Shown: piece after piece, positions 29,129-42,995 of the stretch
Layout: each line of letters opens with the position of its first letter
Numbering within the stretch: position 1 is the stretch's first letter
From: Tubiluchus corallicola
Lineage: Eukaryota; Animalia; Priapulida
Direction of reading: 5' to 3'
NCBI GenBank assembly: GCA_030141605.1
Contig: JAQGDQ010002386.1
Location: forward strand, 224,481 to 288,480
Length of the DNA: 64,000 nt
Translations under genes and position numbers: made by a program
The notes under the pieces: model-generated
Seen by the model: the letters and a program-made list of their open reading frames with translations, nothing else
The model's database searches: none
What the model was told of the DNA's origin: nothing

Positions 29129-31307
29129 TTATTGTATTATTCACGTTCGTATTTAAAAGACTCACTTGACAATCAAATACCGTATGATAACAATCATGAG
29201 CTAAATTATTGTTTTTACAATGGCCTGTTGCTTGAATCTCGTTCCATGCTTATGTCATAATTTAAAAAAATATTTTCACTAATTAACTATTAAATGAGCT
29301 AAGCATGTTCTCTAAATAGTAATAATACATGTAATTGTTGTTTCAACAGAAATCTTTGCTGAAGTCTTTTTTATGCTGATTTCAATAAAACTAAAGACTT
29401 AGGAATCACTTCAGTACATTTCTAATTCAGTAAGCCGTTTTTCATAGAATTATAACTTTATATGTACCTAATTACAGACCCCTTATAAGTACAATTATTA
29501 AACTTTGCATTAAAATTTATACTAAAGTGGAAAGTTGTGCCTCATTAATAATAATTGCAGATTTGCAAGCGTATTTGATTGTCAGGGGATAAAACGATTT
29601 TAATCTAAATGAGAGAAGCAAGTAACAAATCATTGTTTTCCAGTAAACAGGTTCGATTGGTGATTGGACAAATGAGGCTGGGAAATACAAATTTTAAGGC
29701 TTTTCTGCATTTTATAGTATTTTTGAATTCCTTTTTCAGTTTCAATTTAAGAGGATCTCGTGTTGGATCTATTAACTTTTGTTAATGTTTGATAATTTTT
29801 CTTTGAGATTTTTTTGTAGACAAACGTCCCATAATACCACATAATTATAGCTTGAACCATATGTCAATAACGTACTTGCTAATCCTTGGGTTTACGCCGC
29901 TTGACCAGTATTTGCTACTGATAGGAATCGCAGGTATTTACCATTTGTGTATATAGAAATCATAATTACATTACTATGATGTTATTAAAATTAGCTTGTT
30001 GTTTGTTATTGTTATTTCAAGTTTTCAAATTGCTTTGTAACCGCCTGATTCCTCGTGTTGAAAGCACTAATTTTAACTTGTTGCTATTATTGGTTGGTAC
30101 GTAAACGTGCCAGGACTAATATCCATTGTATTATTATTAAAATTTTTACATTAAATATTACCATTCTACCTATGCCATTTTTGTCACTTTTGTAGCCTAC
30201 TGTTCGTATGTTGTAAAAACAGTTTGAAATTACCCGTTTAATTTTTTCTTGTAAAATAATAACGAGATCTTTTAAATTACCTTCTTCTTGATGATAGAAT
30301 CGTTACTGTTTGGTACATAATTTCTATGTATTGTGCAATTCTAACATCCCGGTTTTAAATCAGTATTCCCAATAAACGATTTTTTGTTATAACGTTGAGA
30401 AGTTAAGTGATCATTATACTTTCTGTTGTTATTGTAGCAGTGCACACAATAATTTCCAATCTTTCAACAGTATTTTTTAACAATATTTCAAAGTCAGTTA
30501 TTAATAAAATTTGATTGTTAGACCATCATCGTCGTACGTCCATCACGTTACATCTATTATAGCGCTGGGCATGCAGAATTTTAAAATAAAAAAATCCGCC
30601 CTCGAGATAGCTAAACAAAGCAGTAATCCAGAAAAAACTAGTCACTGCTATTGTGGTGTCTGGTCAGCACCATTTCCGTTCTCTTGAGCATCATTGAAAC
30701 ACTAAAATCTTGTTGGAGAACGCCGTTTACTAGTTGCGACATGCGTGCTGCCATCTAGGGCCTACAAAAAATGTTATTAAGCAAGACAGAAGCTAGTGTT
30801 GTCCTTCCGCGGGTGTAAACGATGTGGTAGAGAAATGAGGTATTTAGGAAATTAAGTTAGATCCGGAATTTGAACGCAAGATCTTTGTCATTCAAAATGC
30901 ACATGCTTCACCGACCAGACAAATGATTGACAACTGTCTCACTGAATGTTATTGAGCTGCTTTGTTTAGAAATATTATGCTTATTTTTTAATTTATTTTT
31001 TATTTTAAATTTGTTTCATACATGTATACATAGCATTGTATAAAAATTAAAAATACTCAACTATACTACAAAATAGCGGTAGAAATAAATAAAATATTTA
31101 CATATGCATACATACACACCCAGACACAAAACATAAAATCACAAGACAGATCACTAAAAATACAATACACAGAGGCATGAAACTCAATAAAACTCACCTT
31201 AAAATGGTAAAAGATGTTGATTTCATAATGCAAAATATAGTTTGTAGTTTGTACCAGTTCGTCCATATAACTGTATTGTGATATGCAGAGTAAACATACA
31301 ATTTATC

Positions 31308-31435
31308 AATAATATTATTAGGTATTTCTGCCAGCCCTTATATAAAGAATCCTGTTATTTTTCGTGTAATAATATTATTAGGTATTTCTGCCAGCCCTTA
31401 TATAAAGAATCCTGTTATCTTTCGTGTAATAATAT
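31308..31435. repeat. 60-bp tandem duplication, 2 near-identical copies
   Basis: aataatattattaggtatttctgccagcccttatataaagaatcctgttat(t/c)tttcgtgt occurs twice. Confidence 0.95.
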
Positions 31436-31545
31436 CATAGTTTGGCTTAAATAAAACACAAGCCCAGTGATATTTGGTTACTTTCATATGTTAAGTTTGT
31501 CCATTACCTTTCATCAGTACTAAACACTGTATAAACTAGAATGCA

Positions 31546-31760
31546 AGCACTAACGTGCTTGGATCCAGCACGTCCAATTTGCTCGTTTGATCTTTTTGTA
31601 AAGACAAAGTTAATGGTTTTCACAAGAAAGTCGCGGGAAGCATTTAGCACAGCATAGAATATGTTTTCCATACTGTTGGGCAAACTGTTTGTTAGACTCA
31701 CGGTTAACAGAATCAGTCGCTTAATTGACTAATAAACGTCTGGTTCGTGCCGCTCCTATT
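31546..31760. mobile_element. Shorter relative of the 21655-22240 element
   Basis: aagcactaacgtgcttggatccagcacgtc matches 21653-21682; a degraded right end cgtgccgctcc is at 31746. Confidence 0.5.
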
Positions 31761-33149
31761 CAAATGTGTATAAAAACTGTCGGCAGTTGATTCAATAACT
31801 CCGCATAACTAGCTCAATTTTTGTAGTTAAAATAAGACACTTGCGATCAAAGAGCGTTTACTACAGCGCGCCTTTGCAAACCATTATTTTCCGTGTTTGT
31901 CGTTTCCACTGCTTCCGCACAGAAAGCCACGTAAACACACGGATACGTACTCTAATAGTCAAACCATTTTTTCTGCGGAGGGACAAGTTCATTTTTATAA
32001 TGGAGAGACTCACACGATGTAGAGATTAAACCTGGTTTGACGACAAGTTAATCCCAAATATAGTCACAGAGATTTTACAAAGGAGCTGTACGTCGAAGTG
32101 CCTATGATGCCTATGAAGTCAATAGTGATTTTAGAATATATCTTGTTTTTGTTATTAAGTTAGCGTTCCCGTAAATTTAGATCTGATTTTGCGATTGCAT
32201 TTTTTAATTCATAGTATATATTTACACGCGCTTTTGCAACAATAGATCTACTTTGCCCTGAAAATGTTCTTTCATAGTTATGTTGTTACAATGAAAAAAA
32301 CTTGTAAGCTTCAAAACATTGTTACCTATATGATAAAAACCGCTTTTTAATTTTCAGTGAAAACAATCGGTCCATTTGAATTCTACTGGAAAGCACGCTG
32401 TAAAATTGCGACTTCTCGGTACGCTTCACGACGAAATGCTTGTGATAACTTTTAAAGATATATTTGACAACAACACCACTAGACAATCTAACCAAGCTTT
32501 AGGGATTACAAAGACAAATGCGTGCCATAGGAAATGACATTAAGTCATTTCGCATCAAATAATAAAATACTATAAACAATAACTGGCAATCGGCCTGTGC
32601 TTAATTTCCAACGTGCTGAAGTATAACTCTACATAACTAATTGGTTTACTTGTCAGATGAATTTAAATTAAATCATATTGTTGATAAGTTCTTAAGGCTT
32701 TAAAACCAGTATTTATTTCCCAGTATTTATTTCACGAAGCTGTTTGTTGTGTTTGTTTTTCTTTTTTCTTTAGCGTTACTACAGCTATTCTTGTTTCTTG
32801 ACTATCACTCACTCACACTGGGCAAATTTTTATGGTGAAAAAAATCGCAAGTAGCGTATCATGTACACACGGAAACATCTGTTGACGCATGCGCGGTATG
32901 CGTGTGTGTCCAATTCGTGCTTTTTTTTTAGAAAATTAGCTGGATCAAGGGCGTATAGACCATTAAGCAAGGGCAAAGAAAACAAACGAAACTGATCCCT
33001 GAAAATCTAGAACAAACACAAAGCTGCCTGATATTGTTTACAAAAAGAAACATGCAAACGTTGTAAACTAACAACCTGTACCACTGTCTGTATTTCAGTC
33101 AAAATATGAAAAGATAAAACGTATATGCAGCACAGAATTAAATTTTAGA

Positions 33150-33560
33150 GATGAAAAGGGCTAGTTAGAAGATTATGGATAAAAGCACAAAGAGCCAAAG
33201 ATACTTACCGGTGCCTATTAAAAGATAAATGATTATTCAGATTTACATCTTTTAAACGGTTTTTAACAAGTTTGCTACCCTGAGCACACAGCAAAGCAGC
33301 ATCGTCGACAGACCCAGGGAGTTCATTCCAGATTTAATTATTCTATTTGAAAAACTTTTTTGAAATAACCAAGTTGGCGGTGAGTAGGCTGCAACTTTAA
33401 GCGGTGACCCCAGGTTACATCAGATACAAGTGCTTTGCTAAAAATACATATTTGTCTATAGCACTGTCTCCATTTAATATAGGATATGTTGACCAAACAT
33501 ACATCGTTAGATCATACAATGAGATTTGTCAGACTTTACAACGCTCACCAAACGAGATAA
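33150..33560 (-). mobile_element. Decayed CR1/L2-like LINE 3' fragment
   Basis: Minus strand gives FQKSFSNRIIK / IWNELP / KNRLKDVNL across frameshifts, resembling the ORF2 C-terminus. Confidence 0.5.
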
Positions 33561-34468
33561 TGCTACGTACATTTTATATAAAATAAACTAAAGATTGACC
33601 GATTGATTAAAGATAAAGACAAATTAAGTTATTTTGTATTTTTGGTAAAATGCACACTCGCAGGTTTTTTTAGTAAACAGGTATACACTAAACATAAATC
33701 ATTTACTCCGCCAACCCATTGTACGTCGAATCACATCTGATAATAGCTGACTTTAATCAAATTATGCAATTCAGCTAAACTTTGCCAAAATTTTGATTTT
33801 TCAAGGCACTAGCGTCCTCTCCTCACTGCTACAGTTACTACATGTTTACAGCGTGACAGAGACTACACACTACAAGTTGCTCGCGCCATCTGTTGCAAAT
33901 AAATAAAATTTCGCATGGGTGCGATAAGTATAGTACAATCTCTCTTATTGCTACGCACAACATGCATTATTACAGAATTGTACAGTTTTGCAGTTTTGAG
34001 TTACTCGCTTGCGAAGTAATTCTACAGAAAGGTTTGTTTCGCAGTGATGCTGCTATCGTTCTCGATTTTGCATTATCTTTTAATATTGTGACGTCAGAGT
34101 TGACCAACTCCCCACTTCTAAATTTTTACGAAAGAATCGGATTCCATCACATCAGTAAATGGTGTTCTAAATGAGTATTCAGGCAGTTTGGCAGAAAAAC
34201 TCAATAAGCGATTAACACAATGCTTTGCGTTCCAGATTGTTTACATACCACATGTTTATTTGAGCTGATTAAATTTTATCGTTTATTTCTAACGTAATAC
34301 ATAACACAACTACAACTAGCATGAAATTATTGCTGAAATAAGCGCCTCAAAATGTCTCTAAATTGTTCATGTTATTCTTCTCTCTTTTTATTTCACTCTT
34401 TTCGTCCTTTTTTGTCGTTCTCATCATTTCTCATCCTCTCTCCTCTCGTTTCTCTCTTCCATCTCTCT

Positions 34469-34472
<4 letters not shown>

Positions 34473-34523
<51 letters not shown>
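34473..34523. repeat. (CT)n microsatellite within a pyrimidine-rich tract
   Basis: Direct reading. Confidence 0.95.
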
Positions 34524-34526
<3 letters not shown>

Positions 34527-35293
34527 CCCACCTCTCTCTCGTTCCCCGTTCTCTGTGTCTTTTCTTATCTCTTTATCTGTTCACTCAACTCGCCTTTTTT
34601 CTCTGCTTCAGATGGGGTCTTGAAAATTAGCTCTTATGAATGCATAGGAGTGAACGTGTGAACGTAATGACAGAAACTTATGCTTTTGTACACACCTCTA
34701 CAAACTGTTTTTACCACATCTTGGCCATATTTTATATAAGTTGATTGCCGGTGCAGATGATGAAATCCGATGTTGTTAAAGTCAATAATTTTCAGTTTTA
34801 AAAATCTACAAATTAAAAAGTGGTTGATTATTCGTTTATTTTTCTTTTCTACCAACAGGCACGGGGACGTATCAATAGCTTAAACAATATAAACAATAAT
34901 TTCAAAATCAGAATTTTTTCCGTGTAATTAGACTGCGTTGAGCATTTCAGGGTATGTATATTTTTTGCTGGCTGACAAAATTGGCAGATCATATCAATTT
35001 GTAAAGTAGCCGCGATTAAGGGGTTCAAAATCTTGAAACCTATTAACTTAACTTTCTATTAACTTGTGCGACTTTTTTTGGGGAAGATATTTTTCTGGGA
35101 AATGGTTTTTTCATCATTTGATCGGTACCCGAAGAATTTTGTGATTGTCCGAAAATTTTTTGCCGAATTGGGGGGGGGGGGTGAGGGCTGCAGCTCCCTT
35201 CCCCTTCACTGGTTCGTATGCCTGTACCGTGATCTATATGCACTAAAGTGACCCATGCCTTAAGTGAGGTCATCCATATTGAACCAGTTTTAG

Positions 35294-35469
35294 GTGACGT
35301 TTAGCATCCAGAATGCGTATGCTGTTTATCTTTTTTTCAATGCGCCCGTTTATCAGACCTGCGTTATGCATTATTTCTTTCTGCAGCTATTTTCTATTGA
35401 TTTTTATTCCGGAACTATTCCGCAGATGGATAACGCATAACGCATTCCGGATGTCTGGTAAACGCCACT
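35294..35469. mobile_element. MITE copy 2 (same family as 7806-8002)
   Basis: Shared core tttcaatgc(a/g)cccgtt...gacctgcgttatgc...tttctgcag and right end aacgcataacgc(g/a)ttccggatg. Confidence 0.7.
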
Positions 35470-35639
35470 TTAATGCCATTTGATTATCCGAAGCTCTTTT
35501 AAAAATAATTCTACGTTCCTCCTTGCGAAAGAATGTTAGAATATGCAGGCATAAAAGATTTGTAGGTCTACCATGTCGTCGTGTATAAGAAGACTGAACG
35601 GTGTACTACTGTAAATTAAGATACTTTAGATATTTATTA

Positions 35640-38400
35640 GTGTCAAAAATACATACAATGCAAGAAAAAACAAGGCATACATACAATTTCGATTTTGAAA
35701 TATACAAGAAAAAACAAGACACACATACAATTTCGATTTTGAAATATAATGATACTATATACAAACAAAACAATTACTAATAAAACAAATATTATTAAAT
35801 CTGCTTGTTAGTTGTATTAGTTACTTAAATGAAACGTTCAATGATTAGTATTTAAAATAAATTGTCATTCCTTAGGCCTCATTTTCAATGGTATGATTAT
35901 TACATAGTATATTGTTCTTCATGTCTTAAAAACGCTTTTTCAACATAATCAATAAATGCCTTAATTACTTCCAAATCATTACTTCTCATCAGGAATAAAA
36001 ATTTATCAGCATCGCTCATAAGGAAAAATTCTGGTATAATTACATTGATGCGATTATATAATTTCTTTCTAAAATCATTGTAATATGGGTTTTTATAACA
36101 AAGTGTAATTGGTCTTCGATTTCATTTCTTAAATAGTATGAGCGTATACCATTTCCAGCTGGGATTTTTCAAGGTTTAACGTACCTCCCTCTTTCAATAC
36201 ACAAAGTATGAGAGCTGATTCTCAGTTTTGTAAATTTTGTTATAGCATATTTGGAATAACCAGAAAGTAAATAGTTTCCTAGTTGATATTGTTTTTTGAA
36301 GGTACGATACGTTCGCAGTTTGTTTTGTCCATCAGGTTTGTTATTATTATGGATTTCTTCTTCCCAAAACAAAGTATAATCAGTTTTTATGAAGTAGTCG
36401 CTTAGGTGAAAACGTTGTCTGGTTATTCCACACGTGTTCAAAGCTAAATACACATAATGTATACTTAACAAAAGTAGTCCAACAAAAACAGCTAAGTTTC
36501 GGTTTTCGTTATAAGCAGTGGCGGATTGTATACTTAATTATTTTAATAAAAATGGGGGAAACGGCCACGTTCTGCCCTAGTCGCACATTTGCTTGATTTG
36601 TTATCGACATTCAAAAGAAATCTGCATAATTTAATATTGGCATCTTCGCTTGGCGCACTATCAAATTTAGTTTGAATAAGCGGAGAATTGGTTTTAATTT
36701 TAGTAATGCTAGGTCCCCATACACAAGAGCCATACAGCATGATAGGTACTACAGTATGTTCAAATAATTTGATAATAGTAAGTGGATTTGAGATGTACTT
36801 TTTCATGCAGTAAAAAGCTTTTAGGCATTTGTCTTTTAGTTTGGTGCAGCTTTGCCTGAAAGCACCGACCACTAAGTATTCAGAGGATTGGACTATTTTC
36901 AGCTTATCAGACCCATAGGTAAAGTTCAAGTCTTTTAGACTTCTACTTCTGCCTGCTTTGTTAAAAACAATAATTTCTGTCTTTTTAGTGTTAACTTCTA
37001 GAGCCCATTCGCTACAATAATTATTAAGCTTATTTAAGGCATTGTTGCAATCCTGACTGGGAACAAGAAAGTAAGACATATCATCTGCATAGAGAAGACA
37101 TTTGGTTTCAAAATTGCCTAGACTGACGGGATCGCATTCATTAGATGTGAAAACTGTTGGTAAGTCATTGATATACAAGGAAAAGAGAACTGAGCTCAAC
37201 GTACATCCTTGCTTAACACCTAAGGAGGATGCTATATCTATATACCGCCAGCGATTTTAACGGAGTAATTAGCTTTAGAGTAAATATTTTGCAGAATCTT
37301 AAGAAAATAACCACCTATATTATTTTATAGCAATTTATAGTACAATCCAATTCGCCAAACTGCGTCAAAGGCTTTGCGCAAATCAACGAAATAACAACAA
37401 AGTTTATGATTTGGTTTCAAAAATTTATCAATAAGTGTTTTTAATGTAAACATATGGTCACTGGTACGACAGCCTTTTTTAAATCCTATTTAAAATGCAG
37501 AATGTTATTATTAGGAATTTTCTAACCTGTTATTAAGAATGCTCGCAAATAATTTGCTTAAGCTGCTTGAAATGGCAATTCCGCTATAATTGTTTGGATC
37601 TGTTGCATTTCCACTTTTGTATATTGGGATGATGTGGCTTTGCTTCCACTGGGTAGGATAGCAGGAACCAGAAAAGACCAAATTTATTAATTTACGAAGA
37701 TAGGGAACCATAACTTCGCTTGAAGCATTTCCTTTATTAACCGTCTGTACCAGCAGTTTTGTTATTAAAACTGTTTAATGACAATCAGGATTTCCGTATC
37801 AGTCATTCTATAATCTAACTGAGAAAAAGAAGTGTAATTTTCTTCAATATACTCTGACAATTTTTTAGTTTTTCTCCAATGGCTGTCATTACTATTCAAT
37901 GAACTTCGAAAATGTTCTACCCAAACTATTGGGTCAATGTCATCGCCCTTGTTTAAGGTTTTTTTCTGGGTTCTGATTATCTTTCAAGTGTTTGATTAGG
38001 TTCCAAAAGACCTTCGGATTTTTAGTTTCCAGTTCAGTTAGTTGTTTCATAACACGGGCTTGATATTCCCTGTGTGCTTGCTGCTTGATCTTTTTATAAT
38101 ACCTCTGTTCTTTAAAGTACAGTTCTCGTAAGTTTCTATTATAAGGGGCGCTTTGCAATTTAAAATGCAAGTATTTTAGTCGGTTGTGGGCTGCTTTCCA
38201 TTGACTGTTAAACCATTTCTTATCTGGCCAGTGTTTTTGCTGGGCTACGCGTTTATTATTATTTAGAGTATTTCGTTCTTTAATTATCTTAGATGCAGCT
38301 ATAAAGCAAAATGGAATTAATGTTATTTACAGCCGCTTCAATCTCGTTCTCGTTTACATTATAATTAAAGCAATGTAGTATAGTGCATTAAGGCCTTTTT
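35640..38400 (-). mobile_element. Decayed, 5'-truncated non-LTR retrotransposon (possibly RTE-X-like); RT broken by stops and frameshifts; ~44-bp tandem duplication in the 3' end
   Basis: ORF pieces NPKVFWNLIK, PIYKSGNATDPNNYSGIAISS, LFSLYINDL...LLYADD, KLRISSHTLCIERGRY; boundaries approximate, clade tentative. Confidence 0.9.
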
Positions 38401-39252
38401 ATAAATAATCTCTGGATTGTGGCACGTCAAGCTTCGCTAGCGGTTTCTTTACTTGCGTAAACTACATGAAAGTGCGCACATCATTGTCTATTGTTGAGCA
38501 GATGAAACCACAAAATACTATAATTTGTTAAAATCAAACCTGTTGTAGTTTGCCATTTTTTATGAAAGATGAAGTGTAGCCAACCTAAAAGGAGAGAAAG
38601 TAGGTAAATTAGTAAAATTATGGTATTGTGTGCTTTCATTCGCATACATTACCCATCAACTATAGTGAATGATGAAAGCAATTTACCTGTAGCATAAGAC
38701 TTCACCGCCACACTCAACAAAAATTAGAACAACGTCCATACTAACTGAACACAACAGAGTAGCGCCACCTATCAATACTGGCCTTCATTCACTTTGTTAA
38801 ACGAATGCGATTCGCAATGTCTACACAATTATATTACTAGAATTTAATAACCAAGATTTAATAGACAAAATAAGCAACAGAGGAAATGAATTAAAGCAAC
38901 AAGGTTTCTCTCAAAAGCAAGTTTTGAACAACGTGTACGTTGATGACACATCACATCATGCCAGTGATTCCACGTCAGCAGCGCCGCGTCACGTTTTTGC
39001 AGCCATGTGTAAATTTTTACAGACATGTACGAATCTTGATAAGGCAGTTGTAAAGCTGCATGAGTGCATTTCTATTTACGTACTTACGCACCTCATATCT
39101 ATTTATACATTATTATATGAGGTGCATCTAGTTACGTAGGCCTATTCTATTAGTCAAAATAATGCTTAGATGCGCAGTCAAGATTCGTGTTTTCTAAGCT
39201 GAAAGAGTTAGACGGAATTTGCCAACTTTATAAGGCCTTGCTAATTTTTGTA

Positions 39253-40590
39253 ATGGCCTGTTCATCGTCCAAAGACTACTCCATAGATATGGCGGCAATA
39301 TGGAAAAGAGCAAACTGGTCTGAAAGATTGTCCAGCCTGTTTGATAGTGGTACGTTGCAAGACGTTGAGTTCATCGTAGGTGAAAAACGCATCACAATAA
39401 GAGCAAATAAACTCGTCTTGTCGTTGGTAAGTCGAGTATTTTTTACAATGTTTTATGGATCACTACCAGAGGTCACTAACACACCTATTGAAGTTCCAGA
39501 TATCAGAGTGAAAGTGTTCAACATTTTTCTCGAATTTGTTTATACCGACAGGATTCCCATAACTGATTGTAGTGTGTTATGTCATGATGGGGTTCCTTCA
39601 GCATTTGAACTAATTTATGTGGCCAAGAAATATGACGTGAGAAGGTTGGAAAGCATTGCGGCTAAGTACATTATGTCACATCTGACAGTTGATAATGTGT
39701 GTGATGTCATTAGAGAAAACTATTTGTACGAAAACCGGGACGTGCACGAACAGTGCTATCAACTAATTGATTTGTACCCGCTGGATGTGTTTACGTCTAA
39801 GAGTTTCACAAAGCTAGCCTACACAGAATTGCTGGAAATAGTTAAGAAAATAAACAACAAAATTTCTGAATTATCAATTTATGAATCAGTTGTTGGATGG
39901 GCGCGGGCTCAATGCGCCCGGAAAACACTGGCGACTTCTACTGGTAACATTCGCAACGAAATGAGCGACGTACTGTACGAAATTCGTTTTCCCTTGATGG
40001 ATCTGCAAGAGTTTGCGGATGGACCCGCTCAGTCCGGCATATTAACCGATAGTGAAGTAGCTAACATTTTCTTAAACAGGCATGGATCATTAAACAAAGT
40101 ACAGCTGATTTTTCCCGGAGAAAATAGGTGCGATTTTATGCTAAACTCACAAGACTTTAGGGGTAGGCCTACGCTTGTCTTTAGAGTGCCAGTACAGCAC
40201 ATTGATGGACTTCAACGCGGAAAAGGAAAGTGGTTTTCCTCTAAACCATGTTATCCTATTGCGGGAGTGTCCTGGGCGCTAGAACTTAGGAAGTGTGGCC
40301 CACTTACCTGTAATTCTGAGACTGAAAAAGGCCAAAGTTGTTGTTTTCATTTCCGGTTTGAACCCCATTGTGCAGCAGAAGAACGAAGAACTAGAACATT
40401 GTTCAGGGAATCCAGGATAGTGCTGGTGAATCTTGATCCACAAAAAAGCATCGAAAAAAAGCTGGCTGAGGACAAAACACCAGCTATTTGGTGGGAAGAC
40501 AACTTCATTTCGTCACGTGACTTGCTGACATTTGAAAGTGGCTTTATTATTGCTGACGTGATTACAGTTTACTTTATACCATGTGTTTAA
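39253..40590 (+). CDS. BTB-BACK protein of BTBD1/2/3/6 type with a C-terminal MATH/TRAF-like domain; uninterrupted ORF, ~445 aa from ATG 39253
   Basis: BTB: DVEFIVG...ANKLVLSLVSRVFFTMFYGSL...FLEFVYTD; BACK end: EIRFPLMDLQEFADGPAQSGILTDSEV; MATH-like: SKPCYPIAGVSWALEL...NFISSRDLL...GFIIADVITV. Confidence 0.88.
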   Translation: MACSSSKDYSIDMAAIWKRANWSERLSSLFDSGTLQDVEFIVGEKRITIRANKLVLSLVSRVFFTMFYGSLPEVTNTPIEVPDIRVKVFNIFLEFVYTDRIPITDCSVLCHDGVPSAFELIYVAKKYDVRRLESIAAKYIMSHLTVDNVCDVIRENYLYENRDVHEQCYQLIDLYPLDVFTSKSFTKLAYTELLEIVKKINNKISELSIYESVVGWARAQCARKTLATSTGNIRNEMSDVLYEIRFPLMDLQEFADGPAQSGILTDSEVANIFLNRHGSLNKVQLIFPGENRCDFMLNSQDFRGRPTLVFRVPVQHIDGLQRGKGKWFSSKPCYPIAGVSWALELRKCGPLTCNSETEKGQSCCFHFRFEPHCAAEERRTRTLFRESRIVLVNLDPQKSIEKKLAEDKTPAIWWEDNFISSRDLLTFESGFIIADVITVYFIPCV

Positions 40591-41055
40591 CTAAGACACT
40601 TCAAGCAAATAATCATGCTAGTGTAATTATAAGAATCCACGCGAAAATAATATTGTAATTTGCATAAAATGAGACAAACTAATAAAGATTAACCGCATGG
40701 CAGCCATTCTAGTGCATGAGACAAAATTTTCATGTTGCGTATTTGTGCAAAATCGTAATGGCTAAAATCTGAAAATCTGAATGTAATGTTTTATTTTTAT
40801 AATGCAACTCAGTTGTGCTGTTTTATAGCCTATTAACTGTTACCGCTGCTGCTGCTGTTGTTGTTACTAAGACTGATAGAATTTTTTTATAACGACGAAT
40901 AAAAACGAACAGTCTTAAATTTTATTATTCTTATTAATACTTAGTCATTCTTTATCTAATTTAAAATTTCAACTTGCTGATTTATGTAGAAATGTAGCGA
41001 GATTAGATTAATTAAATTATGCTCTCAAAACAGAAAGTCCAATGGAAGTGGAAGT

Positions 41056-41156
41056 GTTTTATTAACTAACACTGATTGATTATCTCTGTAAAGTTTTTAT
41101 CGGTGATTATCAATGTATTTTAATGGCAAATAAAGATTATTATATATACATATATA
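41056..41156 (+). mobile_element. ~100-bp 5'-truncated copy of the 3' end of the LINE at 60369-64000
   Basis: ttttattaactaacactgattgattatctctgtaaagtttttatcggtgattatcaatg...gcaaataaagattattatatata is nearly identical to the reverse complement of 60369-60477, including the (TA)n tail. Confidence 0.92.
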
Positions 41157-41810
41157 AGCAGAATAAAGTTGGAAACAGGTGTTTTGCAGCACATTGATTC
41201 ATTGAATGAATATCTGCACCCTGACATAAAATACTGACTTTCAACACAGCCAATGTAATATCAGTTAGTATTCAATGACTTAAAGTTGATTTTTCTTGAC
41301 CTGTCCGTTAAGAAAAGCAAGCATATGACGGGTGCGGAAATTCATTCAACATATTACAAAAAAAGGGCCGATTCCACGTTTATTCAACATCAAGTTCCAT
41401 CGGTCTTTCAAAGTTAACCTAATATCGCGAAATTTCAACATAATTCAAAACGTGAATTGAAGCGATAACTAAATTTTGACTACCCTGTAGTTCCTTATAA
41501 TAAAATTTACTGCACAGTTTCATATCCAAAAGCATCTGTGTGATTACGTATCATTTAGATCAAGCAGGCAGCAGGTGTGTTTGTATAAGATTTTGTTTGA
41601 GATATCTTTGTTTACCATTGATGCAATAGAGTTGATGTATTTCAGTGTGTAAATAAATTTGATTGTCATCAAACTACATTGTGAAAAATCGATTTGAGCT
41701 GCAAATAAGTAGTTTTTGCAAATGAAAAAGCTACACAAATACAACAATTTCCCACTACGAAACTCATGTTGTAGTGTTCAGACGTGGAAACATCAGACAA
41801 TGTTCCTAAA

Positions 41811-42995
41811 ATGATACCAAGGAAAGTTCATGTCAGAGATATTGATGCAGCATTACACACTGGTTTAAAAAATCAGCAATCAGTTGATAAAGTCAAGAGA
41901 AATGCAAAAAGGTGGTTGCATCCGAAGGTATACACCATCCAGGAAATAGAAAATAAAAGTACAGTGAAACCTGGCGATAACAACTACTATCGTGATTGTT
42001 CAGTAACAAGCAATGAGTTGTATTACAAATTGCACCCACTTTTGAATTCTGCAAGGATTTTCGGTCTCTTTCACCTTCCGAAACATCGGCCCGAAAATGC
42101 TTCTCTGCTTGCCTCTTTTTCTGGAGCCACCTGGTGGTCGCTCGTGACACTGCTGTGTGTTACAGCAATATGTGCAAAGTCATTGAAATCTGACACTGGC
42201 AAAGCTGACCTGACGACAGCCACCGGCATTGCACAGTCGTTTGTCTTGTTCTTGGAGGTAATTCTGGTTTTGGTTAGATGGTTCACATTTGTTGCCGGAT
42301 TCAAAATGGCGAATGTTTTCTCAGAATTTGAGAAACAACTTCCTCGTTATATCAATCACAGTAAAGTTACTAACATCAAATCACTTACACAAACTCTCAG
42401 AGAAAATCGGCTTTCATGGGGATTAACCTTGATGGGCTGGGCGGTGATTATAAGTACTTTTTTGTATGCAACAATAAACAAGGTTTTCGAGAACCTGAAT
42501 TCAACTATAACTCTACGTTTGGTATTTATAAATACGGTTTATGTTATCTATGACAAGTTTCAGTTGGCAACTGTCATTTTTGCTGCATACATCGTCGTCT
42601 CGTTGTGCAAAATATTAAATTCTAAATTTAGTTTTCAACACGATGGCCTACGATTGGATACTGACGAAAAGGTGAATAATTTCTTGGACAAGCAAAGAGG
42701 ATTCATTCTTCTAATTGAAGTTGTGGATGAGACAATATCACCAATGCTTTTGATGATTTGTCTCGGAAGTTTCATGGTGATCGTTGTTCAAATTTATCTT
42801 TACAGCCATAATTATCACTCCGGTATTCCACCAGGTTATTTACAGGAATTTGTCCACGTGTTTTCTACTCTACAAAGTTTCTCATTCCTACTGATTCTTA
42901 TCAGCTGTACAGCTCTGCACGAAAAAGTCATGCAAGTTGAAAGAATTTTACATTCTATAAAACGAAGTCAATTGGGAGAAATGGCCAGATATGAG
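41811..42995 (+). CDS. Gustatory receptor-like (GRL/7TMIC) variable exon V1: N-terminus to TM6, 395 codons
   Basis: LYYKLHPLLNSARIFGLFH N-terminal motif and multiple hydrophobic helices; ends ARYE|gtaaat at a phase-0 donor (42996); first ATG at 41811. Confidence 0.85.

Noticed and set aside
42124-42137. Strong CTCF-like match gagccacctggtgg inside V1, like protocadherin exonic sites
   Set aside because: Explained by codons for ATWW; the homologous positions in V2-V5 match poorly
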